This document shows positions 19,872 to 28,931 of a DNA stretch of 59,461 bases, piece by piece (the stretch's first letter is position 1; every line of letters starts with the position of its first letter). The stretch is taken from the NCBI GenBank assembly GCA_039808105.1, contig JBDHSN010000001.1, positions 1 to 59,461 on the forward strand. The letters run 5' to 3'. Made by a program: the position numbers and the translations under genes. The notes beneath the pieces are model-generated. The model was not told where the DNA came from. It searched no databases and saw nothing but the letters and a program-made list of their open reading frames with translations. The stretch comes from Rhodospirillales bacterium. Its GTDB lineage: Bacteria > Pseudomonadota > Alphaproteobacteria > Rhodospirillales > Defluviicoccaceae.

Positions 19872-20114
19872 TTGTACCCCCCGATTGGCTAGCCCAAGCG
19901 GCTTATAGCAAGACCCCTGTACTGATGCCAAGAAAATGACGTAATCCTGCCCCGAACGAGGTCTTGCAGCGGCGCCAGCCCCCCCCCCGGTCAGGTACCC
20001 CGTGGCGGCCGGCCCCGGGTTTTGCCGGAGTCACACCCAGATCCCGCTCCTCTGTCGCCACTGCGCCGGTGGATTGGCAATCGGCGCAATGCGACCGCCC
20101 CGTAAACGGCCGTG

Positions 20115-20143
20115 TTGACCGGAGCGCCGGTGCTGCGTATCGT
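20115..20143 (+). promoter_or_regulatory. sigma70-type promoter of rpmJ
   Basis: TTGACC-N17-TATCGT. Confidence 0.5.
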
Positions 20144-20199
20144 TCGGGGCCTTGCAGCCGGCAGGCCGGTGCGATGATGGGGATGTATTGGACGGCGTC

Positions 20200-20325
20200 A
20201 TGAAGATCAGACACTCAATCAAGTCGGCGAAGACGCGCGAGCGGAGCTGCCTCGTGGTCCGGCGCAAGCGCCGTCTCTACGTCATCAACAAGAAGCAGCC
20301 GCGCTACAAGACCCGCCAGGGCTGA
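20200..20325 (+). CDS. rpmJ: 50S ribosomal protein L36, type B (zinc-independent)
   Basis: Translated by hand: [41 protein letters not shown] (41 aa, below the ORF-track cutoff). Confidence 0.92.
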   Translation: MKIRHSIKSAKTRERSCLVVRRKRRLYVINKKQPRYKTRQG

Positions 20326-20441
20326 GCGCAGCGCCTGCCCGCCGGCCAACCCGGATCGTCCGCATTGGCGCGGTCAAACCGCGCGCCGTGAGCCGCGGGC
20401 GTTTGGCGGGGCAGGCCGGCCCGATCCCCGATACGCCCGAC

Positions 20442-22271
20442 CTATGGCAGTTCGCGCAGCCGGTCGCGGCGACGGCGTTGCTCGTGCCACCACCGGCGGA
20501 AGGCGGCGATGATCTCGTCGCGGGTCTGGAACAGCGGCAACTTGGGGCGCGCCGCCCGGCTGGGTTCGACGGCGAGGCCGATCTGGGTGACTTCGCGGTT
20601 CGGCCCGACGTCGCGCACGATCAGCTCGACATCCTCCAGAGGCACCCGATCGCCGATCTCGGCGCCGGACAAGCGGCGCCCCATGAACTCGCCCACCGTC
20701 AGCGGTCCGTCGGCAGCGGCGATCGCCAGCCCGTAGACCTCCGCCAGTTCTGCCATCTTCGTCGCCGGATCGATGCGGAAGTCGCCATAGAACTCGCGAT
20801 CGCCCGGGTCGAGCGCCGCCGGGCGGGCAAACAGGCGGTCGAGCAGGTGCACCAGCTTCGGCTGCGCGAAGATGTAGACGTAGTCGCCGGCGCGCAGCCG
20901 GCCGGCTTCGTGGATGCGGATCGAGCGGCCGTCGCGGACGATGAGCGATGGCCGGGCCCAGCGCGGAATGCGCTCGCCTGACGCGACCGGACTGTCCGGT
21001 GCGATCCGGTAGGCGATGAGCTCGTGGCTGGCGCGGCCGGGTAGTTCCAGCTCGACGCGATCGAGCGCGCCGAAGCGCGGCGGCACGATGAGGCCCAGCC
21101 AGCGCGCCATCGGCCCGATCGTCCAGCCCTGCACCAGCAGCGACGCCAGGACAATGACGAACGTGACGTTGAACAGCAGCTTGCCATGGGGCAGGTCGGC
21201 GACGATCGGCAGGATGGCCAGCAGGATCGAGACCGCACCACGTAGACCGACCCAGGCGACGAAGGTCGTCTCGTTGCGGCTGAAGCCGAACGGCAGCAGC
21301 GACAGCCAGACGGCCAGCGGCCGGCCGATCAGGGTGAGGAACAGCGCCAGGCCGACCGCCGGCAGCGCGACATCGAGGAACTGCGAGGGCGTCGCCAGCA
21401 GGCCGAGCGTCAGGAACATCGCGATCTGGCTGAACCAGGTCATGCCGTCCTGAAACCGGCGCAGCAGCGGCAGCGCGTGCAGGCGGGAATTGCCGGCCAT
21501 GATGCCGGCCACATAGACGGCAACGAAGCCGCTGCCGTCGATCATGCCGGTCGCCGCAAACAGGCACAGCGCGAGGCTGAGAACCACGATCGGGTAGAGC
21601 CCGACCTCCAGCTTCAGCCGGCTGATGGCAAAGATGATGAACCGGCCGCCGGCAAAGCCGGCGAGCAAGCCGAGCCCCATCTGCCTGCCGAAGGCGATGA
21701 GAACTTCCCATCCCGCCATCTCCGGCTGGGCGCCGCTGGCGATCAGCTCCACCAGGGTTATGGTCAGGAAAATGGCCATCGGATCGTTCGAGCCGGATTC
21801 GATCTCCAGCGTCGAGCGGACCCGCTCGCGGATGGTGATGCCGCCAACGCGCAGCAGAAAAAACACCGCGGCGGCGTCGGTGGAGCTGACAATGGCGCCG
21901 AGCAGCAGGGCTTCCAGCCAGGGCAATGGCAGCAGGAAGTGGGCGGCGACCCCTACGAAGCTGGCGGTGAGGACGACGCCGACGGTGGCGAGGACCAGAG
22001 CCGGCGCCAGGGCGATGCGGATCGAACGCGTCTGGGTATTGAAGCCGCTGTCGAACAGGATAACGGCAAGGGCCAGCGAGCCGATGAAATAGGCGGCGGG
22101 AGCGTCATCGAACACCAGCCCTCCCGGCCCGTCGATGCCGGCGCCGAGGCCGACCGCGAGGAACACCAGCAGCAGCGGCGCGCCAATGCGGAACGAGATC
22201 AGGCTGGTGAATGTCGAGATGGCGATGAGGCCGGCGCCGATGAGAATCGCGAGGTTCATCGCCTCGAACAT
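20442..22271 (-). CDS. cvrA: K+/H+ antiporter (CPA1, NhaP2/CvrA) with a TrkA-C-like C-terminal region
   Basis: SSTDAAAVF, LEIESGSNDPMA and WVGLRGAV. Confidence 0.88.
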   Translation of the reverse strand: MFEAMNLAILIGAGLIAISTFTSLISFRIGAPLLLVFLAVGLGAGIDGPGGLVFDDAPAAYFIGSLALAVILFDSGFNTQTRSIRIALAPALVLATVGVVLTASFVGVAAHFLLPLPWLEALLLGAIVSSTDAAAVFFLLRVGGITIRERVRSTLEIESGSNDPMAIFLTITLVELIASGAQPEMAGWEVLIAFGRQMGLGLLAGFAGGRFIIFAISRLKLEVGLYPIVVLSLALCLFAATGMIDGSGFVAVYVAGIMAGNSRLHALPLLRRFQDGMTWFSQIAMFLTLGLLATPSQFLDVALPAVGLALFLTLIGRPLAVWLSLLPFGFSRNETTFVAWVGLRGAVSILLAILPIVADLPHGKLLFNVTFVIVLASLLVQGWTIGPMARWLGLIVPPRFGALDRVELELPGRASHELIAYRIAPDSPVASGERIPRWARPSLIVRDGRSIRIHEAGRLRAGDYVYIFAQPKLVHLLDRLFARPAALDPGDREFYGDFRIDPATKMAELAEVYGLAIAAADGPLTVGEFMGRRLSGAEIGDRVPLEDVELIVRDVGPNREVTQIGLAVEPSRAARPKLPLFQTRDEIIAAFRRWWHEQRRRRDRLRELP

Positions 22272-22458
22272 CGACAACTTGGCCCTTCCATCCGCAAGTC
22301 TGGCTAGCGGTGGGCATCGCGCATTCTGCCGGTGACGTCAAGCCGTCGTCTCGAGGGGCGGATTGGTCTTTATGATGTAAGGAGCCGTGGCGGCCGCTCA
22401 TTTCCACCCCGAATCTGGAAAATTTGTGCGTTGTACGCAAATGAAAGCACCCATTGGC

Positions 22459-22487
22459 TTGCCCGCAGCGGCAGTGAGCGATAGATT
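22459..22487 (+). promoter_or_regulatory. Candidate sigma70 promoter ahead of the long structured leader
   Basis: TTGCCC-N17-TAGATT with an AT-rich upstream region. Confidence 0.45.
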
Positions 22488-22493
22488 AGGCGC

Positions 22494-22911
22494 TGGTCCG
22501 GACGGAGAAACGTCGCCGGAGGTTGCGGCTTGTTGCCGTATCGCGCGGGCACATTGGATCAACGGGCGTCCTGCCGCGTTTCCGGAGACGGGATCAGGCT
22601 GTCGAAAGGCAGCTTGTCGCCGGTCCGCAGCGAGCGTCGGCTGGCATGGTCGGCAAGCTGGCTCGCCGGGGGGAGCAGCAAAGTGGCCCGCGTGAGGATA
22701 AGAGCGCCCGCTCCGCGATTATGGGCTCCGCTTCCCGGCGAATTGCCGTACCGTATGGCCGCCGGCGGCCATCTTTCTGAGATGGGCAGCCGGGAGACGC
22801 TCCCCGCAGGGCTTACCGCGGGTGTGGCCGGTAACGTTGGCTTGCGTTCGCGACAGAGAGGATATCTGCCTTTCCCGTCGTGTTATTGTTCAGCAGACGG
22901 AGGGAGGTTGG
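22494..22911 (+). ncRNA. Candidate structured RNA / long 5' leader
   Basis: Successive hairpins, including a GAAA-tetraloop stem (22596-22615), an 18-bp palindrome (22755-22772) and an anti-SD/SD stem (22869-22907). No convincing CDS. Confidence 0.35.
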
Positions 22912-23109
22912 ATGGGCTTCAGGCCGAACTACAATCAGCAGAGAGCCGAGCGGGACCGCGCCAAGCAACAGAAAAAACAGGAAAAACTGAAGCAGCAGCA
23001 GGAAGAGACGGCACGGCGGAAAGCGGCGCGGGAAGAGGGGCCGGCCGAAGCCGTGACGTTGGAAAGTGACGTGAACAAGGTGATGATGAGCAATGATGCG
23101 AAAAGGTAA
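22912..23109 (+). CDS. Small charged (K/Q/E/R-rich) hypothetical protein
   Basis: MGFRPNYNQQRAERDRAKQQKKQEKLK...; strong SD GGAGGGAGG; overlaps the start of the csp gene. Confidence 0.7.
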   Translation: MGFRPNYNQQRAERDRAKQQKKQEKLKQQQEETARRKAAREEGPAEAVTLESDVNKVMMSNDAKR

Positions 23110-23761
23110 GGGGTTTCGGGAACCACGCCGCCGCGGCTTTGACGACGACGAGCCGTTTTCCCGAGAGACGCGGGGCTTGCGCCCGTCGGGCGGACGGCCG
23201 TTCGGCGACTTCCCGCGGGACACGACGCCGGTCGAAGGGCCGACCTCCGAGGCGACAGTGAAGTGGTTCAACCCGGAAAAGGGCTTCGGCTTTGCGGAAC
23301 TGGCGGACGGTTCCGGCGATGCCTTCATCCATGTGGCGGCGGTGCAGGCCGCTGGTCTCGAGACCATCCAGCCGGGAGCAAAGCTCAAGGTGGTCGTCGG
23401 CCAGGGTGCCAAGGGACCGCAGATCACGCGACTGCTGGAGGTGGATGACAGCGGCGTCAGCCAGGCGCCGGTGCGTCGCCCGGGCAGCTATGGTGGCGGC
23501 GGTGGCGGCGGCGGCTCGCATTCGCGCCGTACCGTCGACCTGTCGAGCGCCGTCGAGATGGTCGGCACGGTGAAGTGGTTCAACACGGAGAAGGGATTCG
23601 GCTTTGTCGCCTGCGACGACGGCGGCAAGGACGTCTTTCTGCACATCTCCGTGCTGGAGCGCTCCGGACTGGGCAATCTCGCAGAAGGGCAGCGCGTCGC
23701 GATGGGTGTGGTTGACACGCCCAAAGGACGGGAAGCAGTGACCATCGCCACTGCCGGGTAA
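23093..23761 (+). CDS. Cold-shock protein with two CSD domains
   Basis: Two VKWFN.EKGFGF...F.H repeats, a Gly-rich linker and an Arg-rich N-terminus. Confidence 0.92.
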   Translation: MMRKGKGFREPRRRGFDDDEPFSRETRGLRPSGGRPFGDFPRDTTPVEGPTSEATVKWFNPEKGFGFAELADGSGDAFIHVAAVQAAGLETIQPGAKLKVVVGQGAKGPQITRLLEVDDSGVSQAPVRRPGSYGGGGGGGGSHSRRTVDLSSAVEMVGTVKWFNTEKGFGFVACDDGGKDVFLHISVLERSGLGNLAEGQRVAMGVVDTPKGREAVTIATAG

Positions 23762-23900
23762 CTGCCGGACCGCTTTAGGTCGATAATCGAATCCGCTGCG
23801 GCAACCGTTACCAGAAGCGTGCCGGACCTTGCGTGTGCGTTTCGCGCAGACGCTGGCGTCCGGCCGCTGACGTGTGCCAGCGGGCGGCAAGGAGAGGGAG

Positions 23901-24149
23901 ATGGCGCGCAGAAGGCCTGACGCCGGCAATCGGCGAAAATCGTCGGACAACGCCTTTGTTCTGTTCGACGTCGTCTACGAAGATGGATCGCGCAGCTCCA
24001 ACCGCCGGATCGCGCGCGAGGAACTGGAAGGCTTGGACGGCGATGCGCCGGCGCGGTGGCTGATCGAGGCCCAGGACCGCAAGATCGCCGAGTTGTCGGG
24101 AAGGCCGCGGGGACCCATCAAGTCGATCATGCGTTCCCCCAACCAGTAG
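23901..24149 (+). CDS. Small hypothetical protein
   Basis: FVLFDVVYEDGSRSSNRR...GLDGD...IEAQDRKIAE; SD GGAGAGGGAG; coding-like codon use. Confidence 0.75.
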   Translation: MARRRPDAGNRRKSSDNAFVLFDVVYEDGSRSSNRRIAREELEGLDGDAPARWLIEAQDRKIAELSGRPRGPIKSIMRSPNQ

Positions 24150-24302
24150 CCGCGTCCGCCAGCCGGACGGGCTGCGTTGCGCCGCGGTGCCTGTCTCTGC
24201 CGCGGCCCCCCCTGAAACCAACATCGCCGATGCCGGGCCGTTGTCGAGCGGGACACCGCCGTCGCGTGGCCGGATCCGCGCACAGGTGCGCTACCGCACC
24301 AG

Positions 24303-24320
24303 TGTTGCGTTATCGCAACA
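24303..24320. promoter_or_regulatory. Palindromic operator-like site upstream of the MipA-like gene
   Basis: TGTTGCG-TTAT-CGCAACA. Confidence 0.35.
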
Positions 24321-24419
24321 TCACAGGGCGTGAGGCAGCCCGGAATCGCAGTTTCTGATGCAATGGGGACGCCCTGGCGGCGTACGGTGCCGCAGAACCT
24401 CACTCAACATGGTGGAGAG

Positions 24420-25298
24420 ATGCGTAAGAGCATGATGGCGGCGCTGGTGGTTTCGGCCACAGCATCGCTCGCTGCCGGTCACGCGCAGTCGGCTGCGATC
24501 GGCGTGGGTGACTTCGGCGATGCCAACGCCGAGAGCGCCGCAGCAGATAGCACAGGCCTCGGCGTCGTCAACGGAGCCGTCGGCATCGGCATCGGCGCCG
24601 GCCCGGATTTCGAGGGCTCCGATTCCTACAAGGGCAGCATCACCCCGTTCGGCCGGCTGCACTACAAGGACTTTCCGCAGTACCTGGAATTCGGACCGAA
24701 CCCCGGCAGCCGCACATACCAGATGCGGGTCAACGTCCTGCCATGGCAGGGGATCGAGGTGGGGCCGATGCTCACCTACCGGGCCGAACGGGACCACGTG
24801 GAGAGCCAGGCGGTCCGGCGGCTGGGCAAGATCGACGCCGCCGGCGAGGCGGGCGCCTTCCTGCGCTACTGGCTGCCGGTGGATCTGCCGCGCCAGGGCA
24901 TCGCTGCGGAATTCTCCGGCGCCGCGGACTTTGCCGATGCCTACAACGGCTGGTGGATTCAGCCGGGCATCTCCTACAAGAACGCCGTTACCGACGACGT
25001 GATGCTCACCGGCCGCGTCTATGCCGACTACGCCAGCGACAACTACATGGACACCTACTTCGGCGTCGATGCCAGCCAGTCGGCGCGCAGCGGCCTGCGC
25101 GAGCGGTCGGCGGATGCCGGCTTCAAGGATGTCGGCCTGACGCTGGGGGCGCGGTGGCAGTTCACCGATCACTGGTTCACGGGCGCCGTCGGCACCTACG
25201 AGCGGCTCGTCAACGACGCCGGATCGAGCCCGATTACCCGCGAAGTGGGTAGCAAGAACCAGCTGTTCGGCGGCGGCTACGTTGGCTATCGCTTCTAG
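24420..25298 (+). CDS. MipA/OmpV-family outer-membrane protein
   Basis: Signal peptide, PDFEGSD, YASDNYMDTYFGV, DAGSSPI and a terminal Y-R-F beta-signal. Confidence 0.88.
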   Translation: MRKSMMAALVVSATASLAAGHAQSAAIGVGDFGDANAESAAADSTGLGVVNGAVGIGIGAGPDFEGSDSYKGSITPFGRLHYKDFPQYLEFGPNPGSRTYQMRVNVLPWQGIEVGPMLTYRAERDHVESQAVRRLGKIDAAGEAGAFLRYWLPVDLPRQGIAAEFSGAADFADAYNGWWIQPGISYKNAVTDDVMLTGRVYADYASDNYMDTYFGVDASQSARSGLRERSADAGFKDVGLTLGARWQFTDHWFTGAVGTYERLVNDAGSSPITREVGSKNQLFGGGYVGYRF

Positions 25299-25313
25299 GC
25301 GCGCCGCAGCGGC

Positions 25314-25739
25314 ATGAACGCCGACGCGGTCGTCGCGCACTTCGGACTGCAGGAGCATCCGGAAGGCGGCTGGTATCGCGAGACCTTCCGCGATGCCCCG
25401 GCCGCCGACGGCCGCGAGCGCGCTGCCCATATTCTCTACCTGCTGAAGGCCGGGGAGCGATCGCGCTGGCACCGGATCGACGCCACCGAGATTTGGCATT
25501 TCTCGCTGGGCGGGCCGCTATTGCTGTCGATTGCGCCGGGCGGCGGAGCGGTGCGCTCGGTCACGCTCGGCGGCGATCTTCAGCACGGGCACCTGCCGCA
25601 CGCGGTCGTCCCGGCAGGTGCCTGGCAGGCGGCACAGCCGCTTGGTTCATTCACCCTGGTCGGCTGCACCACCGTCCCGGCGTTCCGCTTCGACGGCTTC
25701 GAGCTGGCGCCGGCAGGATGGGAGCCGGGGCCGGCGTGA
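25314..25739 (+). CDS. Cupin (DUF985/Cupin_5) protein
   Basis: HPEGGWYRET, SRWHRID..EIWHF, VPAGAWQAA and LVGCT..PAFRF. Confidence 0.88.
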   Translation: MNADAVVAHFGLQEHPEGGWYRETFRDAPAADGRERAAHILYLLKAGERSRWHRIDATEIWHFSLGGPLLLSIAPGGGAVRSVTLGGDLQHGHLPHAVVPAGAWQAAQPLGSFTLVGCTTVPAFRFDGFELAPAGWEPGPA

Positions 25740-26782
25740 CTCCCGGGCAGCAGCAGTTCGCCAGCGACAATTATGCCGGCATCTGCCCCGAGGCGTGGGC
25801 GGCGATGGCGCTCGCCAACCACGGCTCCGCCGCCTCCTACGGCGATGATGCGTGGACCGAGCGCGCCGCCGACGCGCTGCGGGCGCTGTTCGAGACCGAT
25901 TGCCAGGTCTTCTTCGTCTTCAACGGCACCGCCGCCAACTCGCTGGCGCTCGCCGCGCTCTGCCAGTCCTATCACGGCGTCATCTGCTCCGCGCTGGCAC
26001 ATGTGGAAACCGACGAATGCGGCGCGCCCGAGTTCTTCTCCAATGGATCAAAGCTGCTTGTCGCTCCGTCCGCCGACGGCAAGCTGACCGCCGAGGCCGT
26101 TCGCAGCATCGCCACCAGCCGCTCCGACATCCATTTCCCGAAGCCACGGGTGGTGACGATCACCCAGCCGACCGAAACCGGGCTGGTCTATACGGCCGAT
26201 GAGATCCGCGCCCTCGCCGCGACCTGCCGCGCGTGCGGGCTCAAGCTGCATATGGACGGCGCGCGCTTTGCGCATGCCTGTGCGACCCTCGGCTGTGCGC
26301 CTGCCGATATCTCCTGGCGGGCCGGGGTCGACGTGCTGTGCTTCGGCGGCACCAAGAACGGCCTCGCCGTCGGCGAAGCGGTGCTGTTCTTCGACACCGC
26401 GCTCGCCCGCGACTTCGATTATCGCTGCAAGCAGGCGGGCCAGCTCGCCTCGAAGATGCGGTTTCTCGCCGCCCCATGGATCGGCCTGCTGGAGAGCGGC
26501 GCCTGGCTGCGCAACGCCCGGCACGCCAACGCCTGCGCGAGACGCCTGGCAGCGCAAATCGCCGGGCTGGCTGACGTGGCACCGATGTTCCCGGTCGAGG
26601 CCAACGCGGTGTTCCTGCGCGCCTCGCCGCCGCGCCTCACCGCGCTGCGGGCGCGCGGCTGGCGCTTCTATACCTTCATCGGTGGCGGCGCCCGCTTCAT
26701 GTTTGCCTGGGATGCCGATGTGGCGCGCGTCGATCAGCTGGCCGCCGACATTCGCGCCGGCGCCGATGAGGAAGGCGCCTGA
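25736..26782 (+). CDS. Low-specificity L-threonine aldolase
   Basis: FASDN, FNGTAAN, HMDGARF and GGTKNG (PLP lysine); GTGA overlap. Confidence 0.9.
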   Translation: MTPGQQQFASDNYAGICPEAWAAMALANHGSAASYGDDAWTERAADALRALFETDCQVFFVFNGTAANSLALAALCQSYHGVICSALAHVETDECGAPEFFSNGSKLLVAPSADGKLTAEAVRSIATSRSDIHFPKPRVVTITQPTETGLVYTADEIRALAATCRACGLKLHMDGARFAHACATLGCAPADISWRAGVDVLCFGGTKNGLAVGEAVLFFDTALARDFDYRCKQAGQLASKMRFLAAPWIGLLESGAWLRNARHANACARRLAAQIAGLADVAPMFPVEANAVFLRASPPRLTALRARGWRFYTFIGGGARFMFAWDADVARVDQLAADIRAGADEEGA

Positions 26783-26893
26783 CGAAGCATTCGCCCGACC
26801 CCTCGTGGCGAGGCGGTTGTCCGACGCCGGGTCGTTTGCACAGCGGCCCTGAGGAGGGCCGCCCTCAAGCCATTTCCGTCCACGATCCCGAGC

Positions 26894-28027
26894 ATGAAGC
26901 CTGATCCTGTTGTCCTCGCCGCCCGGCGCGGCTGCGCCTTTTTCTTCGCCATCAACGGATTGGCCTACGGCAGCATCGTCGCCCGCATGCCGCTGCTCAA
27001 GCAGCAGTCCGGGCTCGATGCCGCGGAACTGGGCCAGGCGATCTTCTGCCTCGGCATCGGCGGCCTCGTCGCCTTCCCCCTCGCCGGCATCCTGCAGGGG
27101 CGCATCGGCAGCAGGGCGGTTGCCACCATCGGCGCCGTCCTGCTGCTTCTGGCCTGGCCGATGGTCGGCCTCGCCACCGGCTGGTGGAGTCTCGCCATCG
27201 CCTTCTTCGTCTTCGGCTACGCCAACGGCATGCTCGAAGTGGGCGGCGGCGTGCAGGCCGTCACCGTCGAGCGCGCCCTCGGCGCGCCGGCGATGTCGGG
27301 CCTGTTCGCCCTCTACAGTCTCGGCAACCTCGCCGGTGCGATTGGCGCGGCGGCACTCGCGCAGCTGCCGCTGGTCACCCACTACGGCCTGCTGGCGGCG
27401 GCGGCGCTGGCGGGGTTGCCGCTGGCCGCCCGGCGGCTGCTGCCGGATGGGGTGCGCGCCGGCGCGCCGAGGCCCCGGCTTCGCCTGCCGCCGCTGGCGC
27501 TGTTCGGCATCGCCGGCATCGCCTTCTGCGCCATGGTCGCGGAAGGCGCGGTTTCCGACTGGAGCGCGCTGCTGATGAAGGCGCTGCACGACAGCTCGGA
27601 TGCGGTCGCGGCGCTCGCCTACGCCGGCTTCTCGGCGACGATGATCATCGGCCGGCTGTTCGGGGACCGGCTGCGCGCCGCCTGCCCGCCGGTGGCGCTG
27701 GTCCGCGGGATGGCGCTGGTCGCCACCGCCGGCATGCTGATGGCAATCGCCGCGCCGCATCCCGCCCTCGGCATTGCCGGCTTCGCACTCGCCGGCCTCG
27801 GCCTCTCGGTGATCGCCCCGATCATGTTCAGCACCGCCGGCAGTCACCCGTCGGTCGATCCCGGCGTTGCCATCGCGTCGCTGTCCACCCTCGGCTATGG
27901 TGGTTTGCTGCTCGGTCCCGCCGGCATCGGCTTTCTCGCCGAAAGCGTCGGGCTGCCGGGGGCAATGCTGTCGGTCGCCGGCCTGTGTGCCGTCATCGGC
28001 CTGCACGCCGGCACCGTGCGCCGCTGA
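26894..28027 (+). CDS. MFS transporter
   Basis: About 12 hydrophobic segments, EGAVSDW and GRLFGDRL. Confidence 0.85.
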   Translation: MKPDPVVLAARRGCAFFFAINGLAYGSIVARMPLLKQQSGLDAAELGQAIFCLGIGGLVAFPLAGILQGRIGSRAVATIGAVLLLLAWPMVGLATGWWSLAIAFFVFGYANGMLEVGGGVQAVTVERALGAPAMSGLFALYSLGNLAGAIGAAALAQLPLVTHYGLLAAAALAGLPLAARRLLPDGVRAGAPRPRLRLPPLALFGIAGIAFCAMVAEGAVSDWSALLMKALHDSSDAVAALAYAGFSATMIIGRLFGDRLRAACPPVALVRGMALVATAGMLMAIAAPHPALGIAGFALAGLGLSVIAPIMFSTAGSHPSVDPGVAIASLSTLGYGGLLLGPAGIGFLAESVGLPGAMLSVAGLCAVIGLHAGTVRR

Positions 28028-28068
28028 GCGCGTTGTCCGCTGGGCGGATTCTGGCTGCGAGGACGACC

Positions 28069-28920
28069 ATGACCCATCCCGTGCTCACCTCCGGGGCTGT
28101 CGCCGTCATCACCGGCGGCGCTTCCGGCATCGGCCTTGCCGCGGCCAGGCGCTTTGCCGCCCTCGGCCTGCGCGTCTGCATCGCCGACCTCGGCACCGAG
28201 CGGCTCGCCCGCGCCGCGGCGGAGATTGCCGGGCAGGCGCGCGGCGGCAGTGATGACGTGATGGCGGCGGAAGTGAACGTCGCCCGTGCCGCCGAGGTGT
28301 CTGCTCTGGAAGCGCTGGTCCGCGAGCGCTTCGGCGGCACCGACGTGCTGATGAACAACGCCGGCATCGGCCCGGCCAGCAGCGTCTTCGGCCCACCGGA
28401 GGTCTGGCACCACCTCCTCGACGTCAACCTGTGGGGGGTCATCCACGGCGTGCAGGCGTTCGTGCCGACGATGATCGAACGCGGCCGCCCCGGTCTCGTG
28501 ATCAACACCGGCTCGAAGCAGGGGATCACGACGCCGCCCGGCAACCCCGCCTACAACGTCGCCAAGGCCGGCGTGAAGGTGTTTACCGAGGCGCTGCAGC
28601 ACGAGCTGCGCAATACCCCCGGCTGCCGGCTAAGCGCGCATCTGCTGATTCCTGGCTTCGTCTTCACCGGGATGACCGCGGGTGGCAGGACGGAGAAGCC
28701 GGATGGCGCCTGGACGGCGGAGCAGACCGTCGATTTCCTGCTGGAGCGGCTGGATGCCGGCGACTTCTACATCCTCTGCCCCGACAACGAGGTATCGCGG
28801 GCACTGGACGAGCGGCGGATCCTGTGGGCGGCCGCCGACATCGTCGAGAACCGGCCGCCGCTATCGCGCTGGCATCCCGACTACACCCACGCCTTCGCCG
28901 CTTTCGCTGGCAAAAAGTGA
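28069..28920 (+). CDS. SDR-family oxidoreductase
   Basis: TGGASGIG, NNAG and YNVAK (YxxxK). Confidence 0.9.
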   Translation: MTHPVLTSGAVAVITGGASGIGLAAARRFAALGLRVCIADLGTERLARAAAEIAGQARGGSDDVMAAEVNVARAAEVSALEALVRERFGGTDVLMNNAGIGPASSVFGPPEVWHHLLDVNLWGVIHGVQAFVPTMIERGRPGLVINTGSKQGITTPPGNPAYNVAKAGVKVFTEALQHELRNTPGCRLSAHLLIPGFVFTGMTAGGRTEKPDGAWTAEQTVDFLLERLDAGDFYILCPDNEVSRALDERRILWAAADIVENRPPLSRWHPDYTHAFAAFAGKK

Positions 28921-28931
28921 AGAGGCACCGG

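Noticed and set aside
22530-23069. 179-aa ORF across the structured leader
   Set aside because: No SD, atypical composition, and out-of-frame overlap with a better-supported small gene.
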